A stretch of 64,000 nt of DNA from an uncultured Pseudomonadota bacterium (GCA_963843375.1 CAWJKT010000006.1:256001-320000), one strand, 5' to 3'; positions 1 through 9,778 are shown, numbered from the stretch's first letter. Translations and numbers: made by a program. The notes: generated by a model from the sequence alone, not told the origin.

Positions 1-2
1 TC

Positions 3-1709
3 GGCATAGCCCCCTATCCCCGTAAAGGTACAAGGCTCCGACCCATAAGGGAATGGCATGTTCAAGCTTACGCCGCCGGATAGGGTGATGCTTTTTCCAC
101 TCCCCAAACTGGAAAAACAATATCCCGCGGTGGCGGAGCCTCCGGCGGAGGCGAAACCGTAAAACTGATAATAATCGCCTACGTGAGGATTGTTGTTAAA
201 GGGGGAGTCGCCGATGGGATACCCCACCCCGCTGGCCCCGTAAATGATCCCGACATCATAGCTGGTGGCCGTGGTGTCGGTGATGACCACGGAGTTGGTT
301 ACGCTTTGGGCGTAAACCGAATTATATTCGTTCCCGTTAAAACCAGCGGCGACCACCCAAACCAACTGGTGGGTGCTGTTGACAGGGTACGTGGTCGTAT
401 TTATGTTGACGCCCAAGGTCACGGGGTCGCCATAGGAATTAATACCGTCATTAAGGTTTATCGGCTGGTTGTTTGGATTCCCGACCGAGCAGGAAACCGG
501 CACGGAATTGATATAGGTGACCGGATCGCTTGTGGTGGGCGTGGCCGAAGTGCTGGCGTTGCCTCCCACGTCATAGAAAGCCACCAAGTCAAAAGAGGGA
601 ATATTGCCGTTGGAATTAAGGAGGGACACGCTGAATTTACCCGGATTACTGGGGACGGTCGATGAGGTAATCAGGGTTCCATAGTTGGTTCCCGACTCGT
701 AAGCAAGGACGTGTATCCGGTTCGTACTGCTGACCGCATAACCATCGCTGAGGTTGTCGGTGAAGGTCACACCCCCCCCAACGCCTTGCGCGACGCTGCT
801 GTCCCCGAAATTGATATTGCCCAAATTATAGGTACCGGCGGTAAAAGTGGACCCCTGGGCCGGAATGCCGCCCTGCGTATTGGAATTTGAGCCGTTCCAG
901 TTGACATCCGTATAGGGCTCTCCAGGGAATGGACCCGCCTGGTCCACCAACCCGAGGTTTCCGGTCCTGCCGTTAAAGTCGTAATTGGCCAGGATGTAGT
1001 AGGTACCCGGGGAAGCCAGCGTCACGCTGAAGGAACCGCCGTTAGAGGTCACCGTCGTGGCCGCCGCGATGCTCACGCCGCTATTGCCGGCGATGTAGCT
1101 GCTGTTGTTATAGACCTCAATCCCAATCGCATCGGTGGAGTTCACTCCCGGGCTTGAGGCGAAACTGCCGGTGTAGGAGACACTGCCGCTTAATATCACT
1201 CCCGTGATCGTGGCAGTTACGGTGGCAGTTGGAGTCCCAGTGGGAGTCTTGGTCAGGGTGTACTGGCTAGTCGGGGTGGGGGTACCCGTTTGGGTGGGTG
1301 TGCCGGAATTAGTCGGCGTACTCGTAATCGTATAGGTCGCTGTGATGGTAGGAGTATTGGTAATCGTGGGGGTTGGAGTCGTGGTGGCGCTGTTGGTGGG
1401 AGTTCCGGAATTAGTAGGAGTGGCACTATTGGTCGGCGAGTTGGTAATCGTGTAGGTATCCGTCGTGGTGGCGGTGTTGCTGGGAGTGCTGGTAGGGGTC
1501 ACCGTGGCGGTGTTGGTCGGGGTCTGGGAGAAGGTCGGTGTACAAGTGTGTCCCGAACCGTCCGTACAGACGGTGTTGGTAACTGTGAAGGTAAAGGTGT
1601 TGGTGGGAGCGGCAGGGCTGGAAGGGCTGCTGCTTTTTGAGGGACATCCGATAGTTAAAAAAACAACTCCAATTAAAAGTGAAAATATTCCTATGATGCG
1701 AAGTTTCAT
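3..1709 (-). CDS. Secreted Thr/Pro-rich lipoprotein with beta-rich C-terminal domains (runs off left edge; absent from ORF track)
   Basis: Manual translation: MKLRIIGIFSLLIGVVFLTIGC (signal + lipobox-like Cys), long TPTNT/TPT linker, then Gly/Ser/Asn/Tyr-rich region; no stop before position 1; GAGG RBS upstream. Confidence 0.8.
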   Translation of the reverse strand, partial: MKLRIIGIFSLLIGVVFLTIGCPSKSSSPSSPAAPTNTFTFTVTNTVCTDGSGHTCTPTFSQTPTNTATVTPTSTPSNTATTTDTYTITNSPTNSATPTNSGTPTNSATTTPTPTITNTPTITATYTITSTPTNSGTPTQTGTPTPTSQYTLTKTPTGTPTATVTATITGVILSGSVSYTGSFASSPGVNSTDAIGIEVYNNSSYIAGNSGVSIAAATTVTSNGGSFSVTLASPGTYYILANYDFNGRTGNLGLVDQAGPFPGEPYTDVNWNGSNSNTQGGIPAQGSTFTAGTYNLGNINFGDSSVAQGVGGGVTFTDNLSDGYAVSSTNRIHVLAYESGTNYGTLITSSTVPSNPGKFSVSLLNSNGNIPSFDLVAFYDVGGNASTSATPTTSDPVTYINSVPVSCSVGNPNNQPINLNDGINSYGDPVTLGVNINTTTYPVNSTHQLVWVVAAGFNGNEYNSVYAQSVTNSVVITDTTATSYDVGIIYGASGVGYPIGDSPFNNNPHVGDYYQFYGFASAGGSATAGYCFSSLGSGKSITLSGGVSLNMPFPYGSEPCTFTGIGGYA

Positions 1710-1864
1710 TGAAATAACCTCAAATCGATATGGGGCGTTGGGAGGGGTGGGAGAAACTGTTTAACTAAAAAATTTTAGTTTGACCGTGAGCCGTAGGCAA
1801 CATAATAAATAACAGATAAAATTACACTTTTAATGTTAAATTTAAGTAAAAAAGGTTTTTAGTT

Positions 1865-1890
1865 GTCCCATGCACCTCCCCGTCGTGGAT
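1865..1890. repeat. 26-bp inter-module site, hybrid copy (GTCCCATGCACC-TC-CCCGTCGTGGAT)
   Basis: Right arm 11/12 to consensus, central TC and terminal GTCC at exact spacing; 29 bp beyond stop of the 1920 gene. Confidence 0.7.
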
Positions 1891-1919
1891 CGCGAAATCG
1901 ATTCTCTATCCCAATCCCC

Positions 1920-4619
1920 TTAAGGGGTGATTAAAAATTTGCCCCGCTGCAATACCATTTGGCCGTTCTGAATCACGTAATAGTAAATTCCAGGTGAGAC
2001 GGTCGATCCTTGCTGGTTCTTCGCCCCGACCCATTCGGTGGGGTCTCCCGACTGGCTGATACTGTTGACCAGTTCGCCCGAAAGGGTGTAAATGAAAACC
2101 TGCGCACCTGCGGGCAGGCAGCTGATTCTCAGAGAATGGTTCAAGGCCCAATGGGGGCTGTAAGGGTCAGGCCAGACATGAATGGCACAGGGAGGCGTCG
2201 AAGTTGGTGTAACAGAAGAAGTGGTGGTAAACGTGGCGGTCAAGGTGATGGTAGCCGTTATGGTCGGGCTGTTGGTAGGAGTGTTTGTGGGGGTCTGCGT
2301 CACCGTGGGGGTAACAGTATTCGTTGGTGACAGAGTCGACGGGGGAGTGACAGTTGGCGTGGAGGTAGCTAAGGCAAATTTGGTGACGAAAGCGTCGCCG
2401 AAGCCCCCCGTATCCCCGATAACGGTTTGATAGGCACCGGCCGTGATTGGGAAATTGGCAGAAGTCGTCATGCCGGTAATGTAAAGCCCTCCCGAACCAT
2501 CCATGGCCAAGCCTTGCCCATATTCAACGGAGCTTCCCCCTAAATAAGTGGAATAAAGAAGATTCGTGCCGGTCGGGTTCAATTCAAAGAGAAACGCATC
2601 CTGCGAACCCCCCAGGGCGGTTTGGAAAGCCCCCGGGGTGGTTGGGAAATTGGGGGAGGCGGTCCATCCCGAAACGAAGGCGTCTCCACTGGAATCCACC
2701 GCCAAGCCATACGCATATTCCGCGACGGTACCGCCAAGATAAGTGGAATATGCCAGGGAGGCTCCACCAGCGTTCAATTTAGTCACGACCGCATTTTCAC
2801 CCTTTTGAACCGTTTGATAGGCTCCGGAAGTTATGGGGTAGTTCGTCGCGTCGGTGGAGCCGCCCACATAGGCATTACCGGCTGAGTCCACCGTGATCAC
2901 TCCCCCGTAATTGTTGCCGTTCCCCGCAAGGTAAGTGGAGTACACCAACCCGCTCCCCGAAGGATTCAACTCGGTTACCATGATATCGGAGGCCCCGGTG
3001 ACGTAATTGGGTTGGAACGAGCCTGGGGTGGTGGGAAAACCGCCCAGGGTGTAGCCCACGACATAGGCATCATCAGCCGGGTCCAGGGCGATCCCGAACC
3101 CATCGGAGACATCGGTCCCGTTCAGGTAAGTGGAATAGACCAAGCCGGTTCCGTTGGGGTTCACCTTGGTGATGAAGAGGCCCGAGAGGGGTGGTGCGAC
3201 GGTTTCATAAGCCCCGGATGTAGTTGGAAAGTTTGGCGAGCTGACATCGCCTTCCACATAAGCGTTGCCCCCGGCGTCAACCGCGATGCCGGTCCCTTCA
3301 TCGTTCTGGGATCCTCCCAGGTAAGAGGAATAGACCAGGGCCGAACCCGTAGGATTGAGTTTGGTGACAAAAGCGTCATAATCCCCTCCCACGGCCGACT
3401 GGAAGGCACCCGGAGTGGTCGGGTAATTGGTGGTACCGGTGAAACCGGTGACATAGGCGTTCCCGCCTCCGTCCAAGGCGATGGCGGAGCCCTCGTTGAC
3501 GGGTCCGCCCAAGGTTGTACCGGGGTCCGCGATGGTCCCCCCTAAAAAGGTGGAATAGACCAGAGCGGTCCCGGTGGGGTTCAACTTCGTCACGAACGCG
3601 TTGAAACCAGCGATCGTATTCTGGAAAGCGCCAGCCGTGATCGGGAAATTGGTGGAGTCGGAATAACCCACGATATATGCATTCCCCCCGGCATCCACCG
3701 CGATGCCCGTGCCCTCTTCCTGGCGGATTCCCCCCAGAAATGTGGAATAGGCCAGCACAGGATCGATGACCAGAGGCTGGGTGCGATCGTAAGTTCCCAC
3801 CCGGAACCCGATGATGCCCTTTCCCACAAGGGCGTATCTTCCATTCACGATCATCCTCCGGCCAGCCAGATCCTGATAGGCCACCGGCGCCTTGAAGACC
3901 GCCGCCCCCTGACCCCTTCCTAAATATAGGTCCCCCTTACCGTCCAGATGAATCCCCCGGGGACCGCTATAGGCCAGCCGGATCTGCCCCGGGTCGGCGC
4001 CCGGTTTTAAGACAAAGTCATACTCCAGCCGGCCTTGCCGCCCGTAATAGACCATGTCGATGCCGGTATAAACGTCCTTGGCCACGACACGACTATATTG
4101 GGGGATGTTCGAATGCCATTTTTTGGGGTCGTTACCGAGGAAATAGTTGCTGTGGCCGAGGAGTTTTTGATCCCCTTCCCAGGAAGCCCGGGGATCAGCT
4201 CCTTTGAGCCCCAGCCAAACCGTTTGGTGAGAACGGGGCGAAGGCTTGGTACTTGGAAGTTTCGGCGAATACCATACATGGGTCTCTTTCCTTCCCAGCC
4301 CCTCGGGCCCTACCCATGACAAGAAGGCTCCTGTTTCGGTCAGAAAAAGAGTGTAACCCGATCCCCGAGCCAGGAACTTGACCTTTGAGTCGGCCTGCCC
4401 CTCGTTGGGTTCGAAAGCCAAGGGCAGAAGGCCGAAGGTGTTTTTAAGGTCAATCAGGGATGGATCATGAGGAAAAAATCGGGAAGGCACGCCGTGGAAT
4501 ATCCTCTGGAAGAAGTTCCGGACAGGAACCGGCGACCGATAGACGAAAAAACCAATCACCAAGACGAAAAGAAGGGGCCCCATGGCCAAACTGACCGGTC
4601 GAAAAAGACACCACTTCAT
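1920..4619 (-). CDS. SBBP-repeat beta-propeller protein with N-terminal beta domain, Thr/Pro linker and FlgD-Ig/CTD-like C-terminus
   Basis: Repeats 'LVYSTYLGG..D.G.GIAVD..GNAYV.G.T.S.NFPTT.GAFQ'; 'FEPNEGQ' and 'LEYDF' N-terminal motifs; C-terminal 'YTLSGELV...W...SPGIYYY'; ATG at 4619 after GGAGGG. Confidence 0.8.
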   Translation of the reverse strand: MKWCLFRPVSLAMGPLLFVLVIGFFVYRSPVPVRNFFQRIFHGVPSRFFPHDPSLIDLKNTFGLLPLAFEPNEGQADSKVKFLARGSGYTLFLTETGAFLSWVGPEGLGRKETHVWYSPKLPSTKPSPRSHQTVWLGLKGADPRASWEGDQKLLGHSNYFLGNDPKKWHSNIPQYSRVVAKDVYTGIDMVYYGRQGRLEYDFVLKPGADPGQIRLAYSGPRGIHLDGKGDLYLGRGQGAAVFKAPVAYQDLAGRRMIVNGRYALVGKGIIGFRVGTYDRTQPLVIDPVLAYSTFLGGIRQEEGTGIAVDAGGNAYIVGYSDSTNFPITAGAFQNTIAGFNAFVTKLNPTGTALVYSTFLGGTIADPGTTLGGPVNEGSAIALDGGGNAYVTGFTGTTNYPTTPGAFQSAVGGDYDAFVTKLNPTGSALVYSSYLGGSQNDEGTGIAVDAGGNAYVEGDVSSPNFPTTSGAYETVAPPLSGLFITKVNPNGTGLVYSTYLNGTDVSDGFGIALDPADDAYVVGYTLGGFPTTPGSFQPNYVTGASDIMVTELNPSGSGLVYSTYLAGNGNNYGGVITVDSAGNAYVGGSTDATNYPITSGAYQTVQKGENAVVTKLNAGGASLAYSTYLGGTVAEYAYGLAVDSSGDAFVSGWTASPNFPTTPGAFQTALGGSQDAFLFELNPTGTNLLYSTYLGGSSVEYGQGLAMDGSGGLYITGMTTSANFPITAGAYQTVIGDTGGFGDAFVTKFALATSTPTVTPPSTLSPTNTVTPTVTQTPTNTPTNSPTITATITLTATFTTTSSVTPTSTPPCAIHVWPDPYSPHWALNHSLRISCLPAGAQVFIYTLSGELVNSISQSGDPTEWVGAKNQQGSTVSPGIYYYVIQNGQMVLQRGKFLITP

Positions 4620-4825
4620 ATGCCCTCCCAATAAAAACCCCCGCGATCAAGCCTTTGGGTCCAGACGAAGAGGGGTCCATAAGTCTTCTAAATACAAAAC
4701 CAATTAATATGGATTTTATCACCAAACCGCAGCCCTCTTGATAAAAGCAGGTCACTTTTTCCGCTTTTTTGGAACAGGTCAGGTTTGAATTTCATGTTGA
4801 ATAGCGTTTTATTTTAATTATTTAG

Positions 4826-5266
4826 TCAGCTCACCTTTTTTCTATTTCGAGGCTTAAACCCATATCTTATTGCCACTTCAAGTACATCAATGTTTATATC
4901 TTTCAGCGTTTTGAACTTAATGCAATATCCGCTCACACTCACCTTGCCGAGTTTTTTTCCGTATGTTCTGGCTAAATATTTCTTATCCTTGATACCAAGT
5001 ATATAGACAGAGATTCCGGTTTTGTTTGCACTGATACCAATTCGATAAAACTCTCTGGTTTTTCCTCCCGCATATTTTATGGTTTGAAACCCATATCCTA
5101 TATTAGGATTAGAAATAATTTTATTCTCGCTGTTTTTACCGCCCAAGAACCATAATTTACACGCTGGCATTACTTGAAGAATGATGCGGTGCAACGCTTG
5201 CATGTCGCTGTGTTTTGGTTCAGGTTGGCTACTAATATACTTTTTGATTTGTTTTTGAACGTTCAT
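4826..5266 (-). CDS. DUF1801 (YdhG-like) domain protein
   Basis: 'KKYISSQPEPK...LHRII...NIGYG...GKLGKVSVSGYCIKFK' pattern; visibly AT-rich relative to neighbours. Confidence 0.7.
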   Translation of the reverse strand: MNVQKQIKKYISSQPEPKHSDMQALHRIILQVMPACKLWFLGGKNSENKIISNPNIGYGFQTIKYAGGKTREFYRIGISANKTGISVYILGIKDKKYLARTYGKKLGKVSVSGYCIKFKTLKDINIDVLEVAIRYGFKPRNRKKVS

Positions 5267-5362
5267 ATAAATCCGGGATTCCCCAGATGACTTCTCCCTA
5301 CAACATCGCCGGTTAATTTGTTCCTCATTTAATTCCCCTCCTTCCCCCTGCTTCCTTTACTT

Positions 5363-5386
5363 GTCCAATCTTGGTCCCCGTCGGAC
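5363..5386. repeat. Degenerate inter-module site (GTCCAATCTTGG-TC-CCCGTC--GGAC)
   Basis: Variant left arm GTCCAATC.., central TC, right arm with 2-bp deletion; flanked TT/AA. Confidence 0.6.
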
Positions 5387-5454
5387 AATTATTCCTGGGA
5401 ATCTCGCCGCCCTCACAACAACTTGTCTGGGGAATGATCAACAAGTTGGCCGCC

Positions 5455-6039
5455 TTAGGCTCCAATAGTACCTGTCTTAACTTTTCCGGCCCGCTTGTAA
5501 TTGGCAAAGATCACTCCGGTTGGCGTTACCATACTCTCGGTTAATGTAAATGCCGCCGGAATCGCGCCACCGTCAAACAACTTTTTTCCTTTACCAAGGG
5601 TCAACGGGCAGATCCTGAGCCAGAGTTCGTCCACTAAATCATTCTTCAGTAGAAGTTGAATGAGCTCACCACTGCCGTGAACTTGAATGTCAGGACCTTT
5701 TGAATTTTTGAGCTTTTTGATATCCGCTGAGCTTTTGATAAAAACTGAGTTTTTCCAATCCGACTTTTTCAGGGTCTTGGACAGGACATACTTTGTCCCT
5801 TCATTGATGCCTGGCCAAAAGTCTGAATGTTTAGGCCAATAGGGGGCCCAACTCTCAAACGTTTTTCTGCCCAAAAGATAATCCGCGGGTTTCGAAAGTT
5901 GTTCCTGGACCTTCTTCCTCCCAACTTCGGTAATATAAGGCGCAATCCAACCGCCATATTTGAAACCGCCTGATTTATCTTGCCCAGCTTGCATAACTCC
6001 ATCTAATGTAATAGCTGATAAGACGATAATTTTTCTCAT
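5455..6039 (-). CDS. Dihydrofolate reductase-like (RibD C-terminal family) protein
   Basis: 'ITLDGVMQA', 'LLGRKTFE', 'VHGSGELIQLLLKNDLVDEL', 'GKGKKLF'; ATG at 6039 after GGAGG. Confidence 0.85.
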   Translation of the reverse strand: MRKIIVLSAITLDGVMQAGQDKSGGFKYGGWIAPYITEVGRKKVQEQLSKPADYLLGRKTFESWAPYWPKHSDFWPGINEGTKYVLSKTLKKSDWKNSVFIKSSADIKKLKNSKGPDIQVHGSGELIQLLLKNDLVDELWLRICPLTLGKGKKLFDGGAIPAAFTLTESMVTPTGVIFANYKRAGKVKTGTIGA

Positions 6040-6116
6040 GTAATCGCCCCCTCCAAAGTTCAATTGTTAAATAAAATTCCAAACACAAACTGCGACATTT
6101 TAATTAATATTCTTTT

Positions 6117-6142
6117 GTCCACGATGGGTCCTCGTCAATGAC
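6117..6142. repeat. 26-bp inter-module site (GTCCACGATGGG-TC-CTCGTCAATGAC)
   Basis: Left arm 11/12 to consensus, right arm divergent; TT/AA extension. Confidence 0.75.
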
Positions 6143-6247
6143 AACTTCATTGTTCATTAAGTCTTCACTAACGTGCGAAACGCAAAAACCCGCATAGTGT
6201 GCAAAGGAGCCTTGATCTAAGTCGATAGCATCAATCCCGCCCCATCG

Positions 6248-6664
6248 TCAAAGCAGCCCACGATGGCCTCGATAGTCCGAATTTTTATCAAGTCCACGCT
6301 CTTGGATGACTTTCCCGGCCGCAGCTAACGCCGTCGCAACAGCCGGAAATCCCACATAAGGCAGCGCCTGAACCAGGGCCTCTTCGATTTCATCGAGGGT
6401 GAGGCCATTGTTGAGAGCAATATTCATGTGGATCGCGAACTCATTTGGCTGCCTCAAGGCGATCATGACGGCCATCGACACCAGACTGCGCGCTTTCCGA
6501 TCCAAGCCCGGCCGAGTCCAGATTTCGCCGAAGGCCTGATCAATTGCAAATCTCGCAACCATTGAGCCAAACGTGCCTGATTCGGCGGATGCCAATAGTC
6601 GCTCCGAAGTTTCTTCGCCCATTAATTCGACTATGATTTTTTCACCTGCTTCTCTTCGTTCCAT
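6248..6664 (-). CDS. Carboxymuconolactone decarboxylase (CMD/AhpD-like) family protein
   Basis: 'FGEIWTRPGLDRKARSLV...HMNIALNNGLT..EIEE...YVGFPA'. Confidence 0.85.
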   Translation of the reverse strand: MERREAGEKIIVELMGEETSERLLASAESGTFGSMVARFAIDQAFGEIWTRPGLDRKARSLVSMAVMIALRQPNEFAIHMNIALNNGLTLDEIEEALVQALPYVGFPAVATALAAAGKVIQERGLDKNSDYRGHRGLL

Positions 6665-6721
6665 AACCACCCCCCAAGTTTGTTCCATCGATCAAATTAT
6701 TACTATAAATAGGAACGCCCC

Positions 6722-6747
6722 GTCCACGACGGGTTCCCGCCGTGGAC
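6722..6747. repeat. 26-bp inter-module site (GTCCACGACGGG-TT-CCCGCCGTGGAC) within a 42-bp hairpin 6714-6755
   Basis: Near-perfect palindrome extended by AACGCCC/GGGCGTT. Confidence 0.9.
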
Positions 6748-6868
6748 AGGGCGTTTCGCCCGCTTGACCATAAAATTATTTTAATTTATTTGAAACAACT
6801 TTTTGGCAAGATTTGAAAGGTTCAAAACGCGTTAAGTTTAAACGGGGATGAAAAAAAGCCGGGCAACA

Positions 6869-8224
6869 TCATCCCGGCAGGGGCTTGGTGACGAGCGTCG
6901 AGAGATAGTCCCTTAACGCGTCCAATTCCTCCGGTGTGCCCACGATCTGCGGCATATAGGCGTGGTAGGGGGAATCAGGCTTGTCCTCGTGTAGTATTTT
7001 CAAAAGACTTCCGATGGCTTCCTTGTCCCTTCCGGCCAAAAGCTGGTTTATGGGCCGGTAGCCGTCCACGGTGTGGCAGGACATGCATTGGCCCCGGAAC
7101 ATGGCCTCGCCCACCGCCAAATGCGGGTCCCCTCCCTCCCTCACCCAGGAGGAATGGGTCAAAAAGCCGTCGTTGTTGAATTTGTCCACCGACTTCAGGC
7201 GAACCCCGTTGGAGAACATGTGCCCCACGATGATGTAGGGCTTGCGAAGCATTTCCCGCACATATTCGGAGGAGGCGGTGGCGCAGAGCCCCAATAGCAA
7301 TATGGCCATGGCGTGGCCCGGGCGGAAGTCGTTTGGCGAGCGCCAAGCGAAGAAATAAACCACCCCCACCACCGTAACTGAGGTCATCAGGATGACTAGG
7401 ACCATTCGGGTCACCTGGGTGAACATTCCCTTGCCCATGGTGGCGATGCCCAGTTCCAAAAGGCCCCTCTGGGATTCGGGAATCTGGTGGAGGAACCATA
7501 GCAAAAGAAAGGGCATGCTGAAAAAAAGCGGCAGAAGCCATTGGGCGCTCCAATGCACCAGTTCGGCCCGCAAGGCGGCATCCTCATGGCCCATGCGGCT
7601 GTAGGAAACCAATGCCCAAACCCCCGCAAGGGAAAAGCAGACCCCCATGCGGAGAAAGAGGCTGGGCCAATAGGTGGGGTTAAAGAAAGCCTCCCAAAAG
7701 CGGCTGGACTCCTGCCCCGTGCCGGCCACCGAAAGCCATGCGGCCCCAGGAGTCAGCTTGAAAGTAAGGATGCCGTTGATGATGATAAGAGTGAAAAGAG
7801 AGGAAACCGCGTAAAGAAGCCCCACTTTCAAGTGCAGTTCGTCGGAAATGCGGCCCCAGGTGTAGTAATAGACCGCCACGGTGCTGAGCTCCACGATGAA
7901 GAAAACCCACTCAATGGCCCAACCGAAGACGAAGTTGTGGATGAGGGTGCTAGTGGCCTCGGGCGCGGCCAGGCCGATGGCGAACCAGATGCCCACCCCC
8001 GAAACCGTACCGAAAACGCCCGTCACGAGCAGGAAGAAGCGCGAGTGTGCCTGGATGATCTTAAGCCAGTCCAACCGGCCGTCCTTGAGGGCCTTGCGTT
8101 CGGCGAAATAAAGGTAGATGCCCCCGCCCACGGCGAACTGGGAAATCATCACGTGGAAGATGGCGATCATGCCGATCACCCATCCGCTGCCGGTGAAGGG
8201 GACGACCCAGAAGGGATAGTTCAT
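6869..8224 (-). CDS. Cytochrome bd subunit I (CydA)-like oxidoreductase with C-terminal c-type heme domain
   Basis: 'AIFHVMISQFAVGGG', 'GTVSGVGIWF', 'WAIEWVFF', 'EYVREMLRKPY' CydA-like motifs; CMSCH heme-c motif; no long Q-loop apparent. Confidence 0.8.
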   Translation of the reverse strand: MNYPFWVVPFTGSGWVIGMIAIFHVMISQFAVGGGIYLYFAERKALKDGRLDWLKIIQAHSRFFLLVTGVFGTVSGVGIWFAIGLAAPEATSTLIHNFVFGWAIEWVFFIVELSTVAVYYYTWGRISDELHLKVGLLYAVSSLFTLIIINGILTFKLTPGAAWLSVAGTGQESSRFWEAFFNPTYWPSLFLRMGVCFSLAGVWALVSYSRMGHEDAALRAELVHWSAQWLLPLFFSMPFLLLWFLHQIPESQRGLLELGIATMGKGMFTQVTRMVLVILMTSVTVVGVVYFFAWRSPNDFRPGHAMAILLLGLCATASSEYVREMLRKPYIIVGHMFSNGVRLKSVDKFNNDGFLTHSSWVREGGDPHLAVGEAMFRGQCMSCHTVDGYRPINQLLAGRDKEAIGSLLKILHEDKPDSPYHAYMPQIVGTPEELDALRDYLSTLVTKPLPG

Positions 8225-8241
8225 TTTTTAAAATCTCCTTT

Positions 8242-9312
8242 TCAAACGCCCAGGTAGCCCCAGACGGTCAACCCCGCCAGGAGCCCCAGGACCAGAAGGC
8301 CGAAATAGGTGGCGTTTTTCCCCCGTCGGCCCGAATTGGAAACGGGGTCATAGAGGGGGACGAGGAACCACAACACCAATCCTAGGGTGAAAAGCACGAG
8401 CCCCAGGCTTTCCCCCATTTCTCCCGGAAAAAGCTTCCCGAAAACCTTGAGCACCTGAAAGGAACTCATGAAATACCATTCGGGATGGATTCCAGGGGGG
8501 GCGGACTTAAGTAAATCAGCCTGGTCACCCAGTTCCCAGGGAAAGAGGGCGGCGAAAAGGGTAAGCAGGTTGAGGGTGATGAGCCACATGGCCAGATCCT
8601 GCATCATGAAGTTGGGAAAAAAGGGGATGCTTTTGCGCTTGGACGGCTGGACCGATACCTCGGACGGCGGCAGGGCGTTGCCGTGCTTCTGCACCAGCCA
8701 GAGGTGAAAGGCCAGGAGGGGAATGAAAATGGCGGGCATGACCACCACGTGCAGGGCGAAAAAACGCTGGACCGTGGTGGCCGTCACGTCCGAACCGCCC
8801 CGGACGATGCTCGAAATCTGGTGACCGATTAGGGGGAAATGGGTGGGAATATCCAGCCCCACCTTGGTGGCGAAAAGGGCTAGCTCGTTCATGGGCAAAA
8901 GATAGCCGCTGAAGCCCCAGACCATGGTGAGGATGAGGAGGAAAATACCGCTCCACCAACCGAATTCCCGGGGACTGCGGTAGGCCTTCATGAAAAAGAC
9001 CGAGAACATGTGGACGAAAATTGCCAGCACCATCAGATTGGCGGCCCAGGAATGAGTGGAGCGGATGAGCCAGCCGAAATTAATCTCGTAACTGATTTGC
9101 CGCACCGACTCATAGGCCGAGGGGCCAGGCTGGTAATAGATGAGCAAAAGCACGCCCGTAACCCCCTGGACGAGGAAGAGGAAAAGCGAGATGCCGCCCC
9201 AGTAATACCAGAAGGAGTGCTTGTGCTGGGGCACGGTCTTGTGGCTGGCGAATTCGATGATCTCGCTTAGGCCGAGGCGCTCGTCGACCCAGTTGTAGAT
9301 TTTCTTGTTCAT
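8242..9312 (-). CDS. Cytochrome b (bc-type complex, b6 + subunit IV fused)
   Basis: Heme His pairs in 'RSTHSW...FVHM' and 'FALH...AFHL'; PEWY motif. Confidence 0.92.
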   Translation of the reverse strand: MNKKIYNWVDERLGLSEIIEFASHKTVPQHKHSFWYYWGGISLFLFLVQGVTGVLLLIYYQPGPSAYESVRQISYEINFGWLIRSTHSWAANLMVLAIFVHMFSVFFMKAYRSPREFGWWSGIFLLILTMVWGFSGYLLPMNELALFATKVGLDIPTHFPLIGHQISSIVRGGSDVTATTVQRFFALHVVVMPAIFIPLLAFHLWLVQKHGNALPPSEVSVQPSKRKSIPFFPNFMMQDLAMWLITLNLLTLFAALFPWELGDQADLLKSAPPGIHPEWYFMSSFQVLKVFGKLFPGEMGESLGLVLFTLGLVLWFLVPLYDPVSNSGRRGKNATYFGLLVLGLLAGLTVWGYLGV

Positions 9313-9322
9313 TCTCTTTTTC

Positions 9323-9778
9323 CTAAGTTCTGGATACGGCCACGCCGCCGGGTACCACTTTGGCCACGTAAAGGGTTAAGGGCCGGGGCGGGGGCCCGCT
9401 GATGTTTTTTCCTGTTTGGGCGTCGTATTCGCCGCCGTGGCAATTGCAATGGATGACGTTGCGGACCGGCAAATATTCCACCGTGCAGCCCAGGTGGGTA
9501 CAGACCGCGTCCATGGCCACCCAATTTCCGTCCTCATGGTGGATGAGGAGCGAGGGCCGGGAACCGAAGCTGAACATCAGGACACTCCCTTTTGGGAGGT
9601 TTTCCGCGTCCTTCAAAGTGACCTCGGTGACTGTGGACATGCCCGCTTCCTTCTCGGCGGGCGAGGTGAGATAGCGGTAGACCGGATAGCCGATGGCTGC
9701 CCCGTAGCAGGCCCCCACGCCTAGGACCGCCACCTTCACGAACTCGCGGCGGGTGATGGGCATCTTCGGATCAGTCAT
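9323..9778 (-). CDS. Rieske 2Fe-2S protein
   Basis: Tat-like 'TRREF', CTHLGC and CNCHGGEYD boxes, 'GPPPRPL'. Confidence 0.93.
   Translation of the reverse strand: MTDPKMPITRREFVKVAVLGVGACYGAAIGYPVYRYLTSPAEKEAGMSTVTEVTLKDAENLPKGSVLMFSFGSRPSLLIHHEDGNWVAMDAVCTHLGCTVEYLPVRNVIHCNCHGGEYDAQTGKNISGPPPRPLTLYVAKVVPGGVAVSRT

Noticed and set aside
183..1764. Plus-strand ORFs 183..665, 1290..1640, 1465..1764
   Set aside because: Antisense shadows of the Thr/Pro-rich minus-strand gene
1814..1841. dif-like site (TAATGTTAAAT resembles the XerD arm)
   Set aside because: XerC arm does not match and the region is very AT-rich; likely chance
5268..5293. AATCCGGGATTCCCC as an additional degenerate site upstream of DUF1801
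   Set aside because: Lacks terminal GTCC/GGAC; too weak without a PWM score
6714..6755. Canonical attC reading (AAC...GTT hairpin)
   Set aside because: Flanks do not fit RYYYAAC/GTTRRRY, it is shorter than known attC sites, and other copies lack AAC...GTT in this orientation
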